Source: Candidatus Tenderia sp. (GTDB lineage Bacteria; Pseudomonadota; Gammaproteobacteria; Tenderiales; Tenderiaceae). From it: DNA of 64,000 bases. The stretch spans positions 1 to 64,000 of the forward strand of contig JANOSY010000089.1 in assembly GCA_031416075.1 (NCBI GenBank). The letters are read 5' to 3'. The position numbers and the translations under genes are program-made. The notes under the pieces are model-generated. The model was not told the origin of the DNA. It saw nothing but the letters and a program-made list of their open reading frames with translations, and did not search any database. Every line of letters starts with the position of its first letter. The stretch's first letter is position 1. This document shows, piece by piece, positions 56,343-64,000 of the stretch.

Positions 56343-57788
56343 ATGTTTTCGAGTCCAATGACATTATCAACATTTGTTACGGTATTGGTTTTTGGCAGTC
56401 TAAATAGCACGTTATCTTTTGCCCAGCCAAAAGGGTTGGTGCCGGTGGGTGATATTGTGATGCCCAATGTATTGCCCAATAATCGCGCCTACCTGGTCAA
56501 TCCCAATAGCCAGCAAAATTTCTATTTTGGTAAATGGGAGATTGGTGTTGATGGCAGACCGGTTGGCCAAGCTTTACCCAGCGGATTAACGGGCAGCAAC
56601 GCACTTCAGGATGTTGGTTTTTATCAGCGCAACATAGAAGATCCCACCACAGGGGAACGTTACATACAACAGATTGTGACGGATGCCGCTATTGCTGGCG
56701 ATACTTTTAGCAAGGTTGGTATGTTCTCTGAAAGCTACGTTAAAACAAATGGTCAAAATGGCGGGGTCTCTGTTCTTCAAGGGATGAATTGTGGTCTACA
56801 TAATGGAAAATGTCTGGCACCGGATGAAGGTACTTACATGAATGGACAGACGGCCACCTCCATTGAGTTTTTAAATAAGATTCGCACAGGATCGTTTGAG
56901 GATCCTCAAGAGAAGGTACGGCTAAAGCAGTTGATCTACGAAACAGATGATCCCAGCAAGTGGGCAGATGCCACACGAAATACTACTGGCACTACTTTTT
57001 ACAGTGACATATGGCGAGCTTCTTACGAGTATCAAGGGGTGCAGCTGGGTGACTTTGTTAATACAGTAACAAAATCATTAGATATTGACCCGCTCTACAG
57101 CTATGCAACATTAACGGCAGAGATGCGTTTTGATTACGACGCACGTGATCTTGAAGTCGCGCAGCGGGAGGGGATCACCGTAGGTGTAGATCCACAGGAG
57201 AATGTTGATATCTACCTGCTATCAGAGGCAGATAAACTTCGGAACAACTTTAGCAGCAGTTTTAGCAGTGGCCAGAAGGGGCTAATAGAGGCCCGCGACT
57301 ACATTAAAAACTATATTCAATACAGGGCCATTGCTCAGGAGGGGTGGCATGCCCCCGATGCCGGGTTGGTCAGGTATGAGATGTTCCAGGCTGAAATGGT
57401 CGGCGCACTGGTTAAGGCCGGCAATATTGAATACCAGAAAAAATACAAAGATATTGTAATTGATGCCAGTTGGATCGATGGAGCAAAAATCAATGCTTAT
57501 GGCACCAATCAAGACATGGGGTTCCAGCAACAGGGGCATGAACAGGTAACACCGGATAGATGTGAGAATGATAAAACATTTAAATTAGAGGCCGATCGTG
57601 TAATGTGCGGCTCTGTAGTCCGTTATGAGTTTGCTACTACTGATGTTTACAAGCTTATTAACGAACCGCGTAATTATGGTGCAGGGGTAGGTGACCAATT
57701 TAAAATTGAAAATAATATTGACTATGTTGACCCATTCAATCCTTTTTCAACAGTGCCTCATCTGCCAGACCCAGCTACAGTCAGATAG
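56343..57788 (+). CDS. Secreted hypothetical protein (481 aa)
   Basis: Signal-peptide-like N-terminus (..LSFA|QP), long unbroken ORF, two Cys pairs. Confidence 0.75.
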   Translation: MFSSPMTLSTFVTVLVFGSLNSTLSFAQPKGLVPVGDIVMPNVLPNNRAYLVNPNSQQNFYFGKWEIGVDGRPVGQALPSGLTGSNALQDVGFYQRNIEDPTTGERYIQQIVTDAAIAGDTFSKVGMFSESYVKTNGQNGGVSVLQGMNCGLHNGKCLAPDEGTYMNGQTATSIEFLNKIRTGSFEDPQEKVRLKQLIYETDDPSKWADATRNTTGTTFYSDIWRASYEYQGVQLGDFVNTVTKSLDIDPLYSYATLTAEMRFDYDARDLEVAQREGITVGVDPQENVDIYLLSEADKLRNNFSSSFSSGQKGLIEARDYIKNYIQYRAIAQEGWHAPDAGLVRYEMFQAEMVGALVKAGNIEYQKKYKDIVIDASWIDGAKINAYGTNQDMGFQQQGHEQVTPDRCENDKTFKLEADRVMCGSVVRYEFATTDVYKLINEPRNYGAGVGDQFKIENNIDYVDPFNPFSTVPHLPDPATVR

Positions 57789-57935
57789 TATGGGTAATTA
57801 ATAGTTGAAGAAGATTGTGTGGAGCAGCTGCTGTTTTTTCGGTCTCTGTTTTTGTATCTGTTCCAAGATTGTGAGCTCTGCCTAGGTATTGTTGTTTGAT
57901 GGTGATATAACGGAAAAATTGATCAAAGCACCCTT

Positions 57936-57970
57936 AAAAAGGAGCCCCATAATAAGTGGGCTCATTTTTT
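57936..57970 (+). terminator. Probable intrinsic terminator
   Basis: AAAAAGGAGCCC..GGGCTCATTTTTT. Confidence 0.55.
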
Positions 57971-58320
57971 ATTTACGTTGATACTACGATCTATTTAATG
58001 TTGTTGTCTATTTTGTGGATATAAACGTCGCGCTGAGGGAAAGGGATGCAGCCGCCGACCTCCAGCCCCTCTTTGCAGCGTTGAATGATTCACTTGTTGA
58101 GTCCGATACCGGTTAAACGTACTGAACGCCAGCGCTGGAAAGGGGCTATCTGCTTTTCCTGGAAGAGTCTGTGGTCCTGGCAGCAGATTCGTCAACGCTT
58201 TGATCTGTGCTCGTCCAATAGTGTGTTACGGCGGCCGTGAGTCGGCGGGGCAAAATATTAAGCATTGCCTCTATACTAAACGGTCGCGACTGTTGGGTGG
58301 TAGCGAACTATTATAGTGGT

Positions 58321-58599
58321 TCAGTGTGAAGGGCTGAGCGCTTTATTTGTCTGTTGTGCTGTGATAATGAGTTGCTGTTTTTCATTGCGACTCAATTTTT
58401 TAATGGCAGCTTCACGCCTGCTGGCGCTGCTGCGATCGTGGCCATTTTCAATATAAACCACGGACGCTGGCTGGCGGCCACGAAAATATTTTGCCCCACG
58501 TTGTGTGGTGTGTTGTTTAATACGTCGTTCGAGATTGTTGGTAATGCCGGTGTAGAGTGTGTTGTCGCTGCAGTGGATGATGTAGACAAGCCAGTTCAT
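58321..58599 (-). CDS. GIY-YIG nuclease (UPF0213/YazA-like)
   Basis: VYIIHCSDNTLYTGITNNLERR..H, REAAIKKL. Confidence 0.92.
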   Translation of the reverse strand: MNWLVYIIHCSDNTLYTGITNNLERRIKQHTTQRGAKYFRGRQPASVVYIENGHDRSSASRREAAIKKLSRNEKQQLIITAQQTNKALSPSH

Positions 58600-59336
58600 C
58601 GCCCTGATCCCCAGCCAAAGTGGTTAATAATCTGCTGATAGCTGGCATCGAGCGGCGCTTGAATCAACAGTTGCTGGCTTGTAATGGGATGGACAATCTC
58701 CAGCTCTGTGGCGGCAAGCAGGAGCCGGTGACAGTTAAATTGCTGCCGAAAAAAATCGTTCTGTTTGCCATCGCCATGGCTGGTATCACCAACGATGGGG
58801 TGAAAGATATGTTTCATGTGGCGACGTAGCTGATGTTTACGCCCCGTACGTGGCGTGAGCCGCAGCAGTGAGTAGCGTGCGGTATCGTAACGCCCCACAG
58901 CATAGGGAAGCTCGACGGTAGCAAGACGGTGATACTCAGTAACCGCCGATTGTGCCGGTTTGTTCTGTTCTGCTTTGCCGTCACTCATCTTGTCCAGCTC
59001 TTCTTTTAGTGGATAGTCGATCACCGCCGCCTCTTCACTGTAGCCACGGACCACGGCGAGATAACGTTTGTGTACGGTGTGGTTGATGAACTGTTCCATC
59101 ATGCGACGTGCAATGTCAGGGCTGAGTGCAAACAGCAATACCCCGGCCGTGGGTTTATCAAGCCGGTGCAGCGGGTAGACGTGTCGGCCAATCTGGTTGC
59201 GTACTAGCTGAATGGCAAAGCGGGTTTCATGGCGATCTATATTACTTCGGTGTACCAATAGACCGGCGGGTTTGTTGACAGCGACTAGCGCTTCATCCTG
59301 ATAGAGGATGGGCAGGTTATCGTCGGCCAGGCTCAT
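58596..59336 (-). CDS. truC: tRNA pseudouridine(65) synthase
   Basis: [29 protein letters not shown]. Confidence 0.93.
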   Translation of the reverse strand: MSLADDNLPILYQDEALVAVNKPAGLLVHRSNIDRHETRFAIQLVRNQIGRHVYPLHRLDKPTAGVLLFALSPDIARRMMEQFINHTVHKRYLAVVRGYSEEAAVIDYPLKEELDKMSDGKAEQNKPAQSAVTEYHRLATVELPYAVGRYDTARYSLLRLTPRTGRKHQLRRHMKHIFHPIVGDTSHGDGKQNDFFRQQFNCHRLLLAATELEIVHPITSQQLLIQAPLDASYQQIINHFGWGSGR

Positions 59337-60019
59337 GGTGTCTTCTGGTTAATGTTGTTGAGCTGTTGTTTGAGTTGGTTGACCTCGTCAAACAGCTCCA
59401 TCACCCACTGCTCCAGCTGGGCGATGCGGGCATCGTCTTCATTTATTTCGCTTCTGATGTTAACGTCGGTGCTGCGGGTGGTTGCCTCCACCTCACCACA
59501 AAAGAGGTGGGCATAGCGTGATTCACGTTTGCCCGGTTCGCGTGGCAGTCGTGTGACGTAAGGGCCATCGTCACGGTCCATCATATGTTGTAATGCCGCT
59601 TCAACCGCATTGACCTCTTTAAACTGGCAGAGGCGCTGGCTACGGGTGCGGATTTCACCGGAGGTTTGTGGGCCGCGCAGGAGCAGGATGCAGGTGATGC
59701 CCAGCTCTTGTGCTGAAAAGTGGCGGCCGCCAAATTCGCTGTTGAAAAAGCGGTGCTGATATTTGACCACACGGCTGCCAAAGCCCGATTTTTCACTGAC
59801 CAGATGTTTTTTCACCAAACCGTCCAGTGTCTCCTGTACCGTGACCTCATCCAGATCAAGCACCGGTTCGCGGTTGCTCTTTTGGTTGCAGGCGTTGGTG
59901 AGGGCGTTGAGCGAGAGTGGATATTGCTCGGGTGTAGTCGCCTCCTTTTCAATCAGGCAGCCAATCACACGTGCTTCATGGGGGGTGAGTAGAGTATCCA
60001 CAACAGTATCCTTTAACAT
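59333..60019 (-). CDS. yceH: YceH/DUF480 family protein
   Basis: [34 protein letters not shown]. Confidence 0.92.
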   Translation of the reverse strand: MLKDTVVDTLLTPHEARVIGCLIEKEATTPEQYPLSLNALTNACNQKSNREPVLDLDEVTVQETLDGLVKKHLVSEKSGFGSRVVKYQHRFFNSEFGGRHFSAQELGITCILLLRGPQTSGEIRTRSQRLCQFKEVNAVEAALQHMMDRDDGPYVTRLPREPGKRESRYAHLFCGEVEATTRSTDVNIRSEINEDDARIAQLEQWVMELFDEVNQLKQQLNNINQKTP

Positions 60020-60169
60020 CGGTTGAGTGGGGAACTTATCCTACACCAAAGCTTTAGTACAAATAACGCTTAGGGTGATACATTAAGCCTATCGCCAGTG
60101 ATGGGAGGTCGATATAGTCTGCGCCCCATTTTACATAACATCTATTTACACAACATAAGGAACCTTGCC

Positions 60170-60580
60170 ATGGAACTGTTTCGCCGGATTACCAAGCCTG
60201 TCAGTCTGGTCGTTACTGCGGGAATGCTCGCTCTGAGCCTGCAGATGCCGATGGCCAACGCCGCCATGGTCAGTACTGCTGAGGTGGTGCAGTCACTTCA
60301 GACACAGCAGGATATCAGCCGTATTCATGAAGCGCTTAATCGTGATGAGGTTAAGAGCCAGCTGAGCCAGATGGGTGTAGATCCGGCGCTGGTGCAGGCG
60401 CGTGTTGATGCGCTGAGCGACAGTGAGGCCCAGCAGTTGGCCCAGCAGCTCGACCAGATGCCAGCGGGCAGTGGTGTTGTGGGGGCGTTGCTGTTTATCT
60501 TTATCGTGCTGCTGGTTACCGACCTGCTGGGGCTGACCAGCGTCTTCCCCTTCACTAAAAAGGGTTCGATGCACCCCTAA
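60170..60580 (+). CDS. PA2779-family protein
   Basis: Signal peptide, GVDPALVQARVDALSD, PAG + C-terminal TM (VLLVTDLLG). Confidence 0.85.
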   Translation: MELFRRITKPVSLVVTAGMLALSLQMPMANAAMVSTAEVVQSLQTQQDISRIHEALNRDEVKSQLSQMGVDPALVQARVDALSDSEAQQLAQQLDQMPAGSGVVGALLFIFIVLLVTDLLGLTSVFPFTKKGSMHP

Positions 60581-60586
60581 AGCGGC

Positions 60587-61555
60587 GTGACTGTTGGTCT
60601 GATGGTGATTGATAAAAGTGCCCGACAGCGTTCGGGTATTTTTTCGTTGCTGCTGTTTATGGTGTTGCTGACGGGGTGCGCAACCCCGCAGACGCGCCAG
60701 TTGTTGAACTCCACGTCCCCGCTGCCACGATCCGTGGAGCTGACCGAGGTGCCATTTTTTCCTCAAGAGGAGTATCAGTGCGGGCCAGCGGCGTTGGCCA
60801 CGGTGCTGACCGAGAGCGGTGTAGCGATCACCCCTGACGAACTGGTGCCACAAGTCTATCTGCCTAAACGTAAAGGTTCGCTACAATTTGAGCTGTTGGC
60901 ATCAAGCCGTCGTCATGGTCGTATCCCCTACCTCCTGCAACCAGAGCTGACGGCGCTTATGACAGAGGTGGCGGCAGGAAACCCGGTGCTGGTACTGCAA
61001 ACCCTGGGTTTATCTATCTTCCCCTTTTGGCACTACGCAGTGGTGGTGGGGTTTGATCTGGACCAGGGTCACGTTATTTTGCGCTCTGGTGCTGACGCAC
61101 GTCGTATCACCCCCTTAAATACCTTTGAACATACCTGGCGTCGGGGTGGTTACTGGGGAGTGGTGGTATCAGCGCCAAACAGATTGCCACAGACGGCGGC
61201 GGAGTTGCCTTATCTGGAGGCGTTATTGGTGATGGAGAGGCTGCAAAAATGGCCCGAGGTTGCAGTCGCCTATGAACAGGCGCTGGAGCGCTGGCCGCAG
61301 AGTTTAGGTGTGGCGATGGGGCTGGGCAACAGCCTGTATGCCCTTCATGACCTGAGTGGGGCCGAAGCGGCATTTCGTATGGCCACCTTGCGCCACCCAG
61401 AGGCGGCAGTGGCGTTTAATAATCTAGCCCAGGCCCTGGCTGAACAGCAGCGCTGGCAAGAGGCGGAGGCTGCGGCAGAGCGTGCCGTTGCACTGGGGGG
61501 GAGTCATAGTGCCCTGTTTAGCCAGACATTGACGCAGATTCAACAGCGACCGTAA
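60587..61555 (+). CDS. PA2778-family C39-like cysteine peptidase lipoprotein with TPR
   Basis: LTGC, FFPQEEYQCGPAALA, WHYAVVVGFD, C-terminal TPR. Confidence 0.88.
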   Translation: MTVGLMVIDKSARQRSGIFSLLLFMVLLTGCATPQTRQLLNSTSPLPRSVELTEVPFFPQEEYQCGPAALATVLTESGVAITPDELVPQVYLPKRKGSLQFELLASSRRHGRIPYLLQPELTALMTEVAAGNPVLVLQTLGLSIFPFWHYAVVVGFDLDQGHVILRSGADARRITPLNTFEHTWRRGGYWGVVVSAPNRLPQTAAELPYLEALLVMERLQKWPEVAVAYEQALERWPQSLGVAMGLGNSLYALHDLSGAEAAFRMATLRHPEAAVAFNNLAQALAEQQRWQEAEAAAERAVALGGSHSALFSQTLTQIQQRP

Positions 61556-61729
61556 TATCGAACATGGCACAATAATAAAGTCCCTCAATATGTTAGCGGT
61601 TTAGCTTGTGGTTGAACTGACGATATAGTCTAGTAGATCCTAGGGCAGCTTAGCCACCGCAGAGGGGCTGGTTGTTAGTGGGAACAGCCATTAAACGGGG
61701 ATCGCCCCAGTTAACAGAGCATATACAAG

Positions 61730-63352
61730 ATGACTCCAGCACCTATTAAGGCCGGGGAAGATGAACGACTGGCTGCTCTGCGTCGATATGAAGTGCTTGA
61801 TACTGCGGCGGAAGCTGAATTTGATGACGTTACACGTCTGGCTGCACAGCTGTGTGGCACGCCCATAGCCCTTATCTCACTAGTGGATGCCGATCGGCAG
61901 TGGTTTAAAAGCCGGGTAGGACTGGATGCGCCGGAGACACCCCGTGACATCTCTTTTTGCGGCCATGCGATTTATGAGGATGAGCTGTTTGAGATCTCGA
62001 ATGCGCTGAATGACCCCCGATTTCAGGACAACCCACTGGTCAGTGGCCAGCCCGGCATCCGTTTTTATGCCGGCGCACCACTGATCACTCCCGACGGTCA
62101 CGGAATCGGCACCCTCTGTGTTATCGATATGATCCCCCATACCCTGGATGAACAGCAGCGGGATATATTGGCAACGTTGGGCCGGCAGGTGGTGCGGCAA
62201 CTGGAGCTGCGCAGCGCCTTGAAACGTGAGCAGCAGCTGAACGATGAACTCACACGGTTATCAATTTTTCAGAAGACGCTGTTTGACAGCGCCGCCATTG
62301 CCATCATCTCGACAACCGTCAAAGGGGTGGTGACCAGCTTTAATCCAGCCGCTGAGCGGCTATTGGGATATACATCCGCTGAGCTGGTGGGCAAACAGAC
62401 CCCTGGTCTTTTTCATGATGGCGCAGAGGTGGTGGCACGTGCGGCAGAGCTGAGCCAGACGCTGCAGCGCAAGGTTGAACCAGGGTTTGAGGTGTTTGTT
62501 ACCAATGTGCTTACCGAGGGTTCAGAAACCCGCGAATGGACCTACTGTGCTAAAAACGGTGCGCGGATCCCCGTCATCCTCACGGTATCGGCGGTACGTG
62601 ATGCTAATGGTGCGCTGGTGGGGTATGTGGGCATGGCTCGCGACATCAGCGCACAGAAACATGCAGAGCGGGTTAAAAGCGAATTTGTCTCTACCGTCAG
62701 CCATGAGCTGCGAACCCCACTCACTTCAATCAGCGGTGCGCTGGGGTTGATTACAGGCGGTGCGGTGGGTGAGGTCTCTGACAAGGTCAAAGAGCTGCTT
62801 GATATCGCCTACAAAAACAGCAAAGGCCTGACGGCGCTTATCAATGACTTGCTTGATATAGACAAACTTGCGGCAGGCAAACTCCGTTTTGATATGGAGC
62901 ACCAGCCGTTATTGCCACTACTGGAGCAGGCACTGGTGCAAAACAGCGCCTATGGTGATCAGTATCAGGTCCGTTTTGAGCTGAGTGAGTGCAGTGGTGA
63001 ACTTAATGTAAACGTGGATAGCGACAGGTTGCAGCAGGTATTGGCAAATCTGCTCTCTAATGCGGCCAAGTTTTCACCGCCCGGCGGTGTTGTGAACATT
63101 GCGGTGAGGGTGGATGAGATACGGGTGCGGGTGACGGTTACAGATCAGGGTAAGGGGATTCCGGCGGAATTTCGTGAACGTATCTTCCAGAAGTTCTCCC
63201 AGGCGGACTCTTCCGATTCACGTCAACTGGGGGGGACAGGGCTGGGGCTGGCCATTAGTAAAGAGTTGATTGAACAGATGCACGGTACCATTGGGTTTGA
63301 ATCGGAGGAGGGAAAGGGTGCTAGCTTCTATTTTGAGCTGTTTCATGGGTAA
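61730..63352 (+). CDS. GAF-PAS sensor histidine kinase
   Basis: ERLAALRRYEVLDT, FCGHAI, FNPAAERLLGY, SHELRTPL, NLLSNAAKF, GGTGLGL. Confidence 0.95.
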   Translation: MTPAPIKAGEDERLAALRRYEVLDTAAEAEFDDVTRLAAQLCGTPIALISLVDADRQWFKSRVGLDAPETPRDISFCGHAIYEDELFEISNALNDPRFQDNPLVSGQPGIRFYAGAPLITPDGHGIGTLCVIDMIPHTLDEQQRDILATLGRQVVRQLELRSALKREQQLNDELTRLSIFQKTLFDSAAIAIISTTVKGVVTSFNPAAERLLGYTSAELVGKQTPGLFHDGAEVVARAAELSQTLQRKVEPGFEVFVTNVLTEGSETREWTYCAKNGARIPVILTVSAVRDANGALVGYVGMARDISAQKHAERVKSEFVSTVSHELRTPLTSISGALGLITGGAVGEVSDKVKELLDIAYKNSKGLTALINDLLDIDKLAAGKLRFDMEHQPLLPLLEQALVQNSAYGDQYQVRFELSECSGELNVNVDSDRLQQVLANLLSNAAKFSPPGGVVNIAVRVDEIRVRVTVTDQGKGIPAEFRERIFQKFSQADSSDSRQLGGTGLGLAISKELIEQMHGTIGFESEEGKGASFYFELFHG

Positions 63353-63456
63353 ACAGTGGGTCGATTGCGGGCCATTCCGGTAATCCGTCAAGATTTTTCG
63401 GGCTAAATCCACTACCATATGCCCCCCTCGCCAGTAGCAGTATGGAGTCGCGCGTG

Positions 63457-64000
63457 ATGCAAAATTATCTCCCCGGTCAGCGTTGGATCAGTGACGCGGA
63501 ACTACAGATGGGTTTGGGCACAGTGCTCTCCTGTGATCAACGCACCGTCACGGTGGTCTACCTTGCCACGGGTGAGACCCGCCTCTACGCCACGGCCACT
63601 GCGCCGCTGCGGCGCGCCCTGTTTGCGCTGGGCGATAGTGTCCTGAGCCACGAAGGGTGGCAACTGCGTATCGAGTCGGTGCGCGAAGAGAGCGGTCTGA
63701 TCACCTACCTCGGCAAACGTGACGATGGCACCTTGGCGGAGCTGGCCGAAGGCCATCTCGACAACTTCATCCAGCTCAACCGCCCCAGCGAACGGATGCT
63801 CAGCGGTCAGATCGATGCCAACAAACGTTTCGAACTGCGCTACCGCACCCTGCAACACGCCAACCGCCTCGGCCACTCCGAGCTGCGTGGCCTGACTGGC
63901 GTACGCACCAGCCTGATCCCACATCAGCTCTACATCGCCCACGAAGTGGCGGGCCGCTATGCGCCACGGGTGCTGCTGGCCGATGAGGTGGGGCTGGGCA
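63457..64000 (+). CDS. rapA: RNA polymerase-associated protein RapA (5' part, runs off window)
   Basis: Manual translation MQNYLPGQRWISDAELQMGLG..SLIPHQLYIAHEVAGRYAPRVLLADEVGLG; GGAG RBS. Confidence 0.95.
   Translation, partial: MQNYLPGQRWISDAELQMGLGTVLSCDQRTVTVVYLATGETRLYATATAPLRRALFALGDSVLSHEGWQLRIESVREESGLITYLGKRDDGTLAELAEGHLDNFIQLNRPSERMLSGQIDANKRFELRYRTLQHANRLGHSELRGLTGVRTSLIPHQLYIAHEVAGRYAPRVLLADEVGLG

Noticed and set aside
63502-63942. 146-aa minus-strand ORF
   Set aside because: Shadow of rapA on the plus strand.

Overview
Replication-origin region of a gammaproteobacterial chromosome. The conserved backbone is gyrB-recF-dnaN-dnaA (-), rpmH-rnpA-yidD-yidC-mnmE (+), then mnmG-rsmG-parA-parB-atpIBEFHAGDC-glmU-glmS (+), and finally truC, yceH and a partial rapA. 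DnaA-box clusters lie on both sides of dnaA and two parS sites lie inside recF. A ~21-kb accessory block separates mnmE from mnmG. It holds MoxR/DUF58/transglutaminase, a lysine-catabolism pair with a divergent VOC/HPPD-like putative dioxygenase, a large Ig/beta-propeller lipoprotein, an intact IS5-family element, an IS5 remnant, LemA-TPM, an LpoB lipoprotein cluster and a degenerate PAPS-reductase-like Fe-S protein. The most unusual structure starts 17 bp after the glmS stop, at the classic attTn7 locus. It is a ~5.6-kb island (46705-52279) bounded by 23-bp inverted repeats (22/23 identical) and a possible degenerate 9-bp target duplication, with no Tn7 genes or DDE transposase. It carries a 111-bp MITE with a perfect 10-bp TSD, a 755-aa wHTH-PIN-coiled-coil-TM protein (candidate defence gene), a frameshifted REP-associated tyrosine transposase, and a REP-bracketed low-GC two-gene cassette. 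No rRNA, tRNA or CRISPR array was seen. All calls come from motif recognition by eye; no searches were run.
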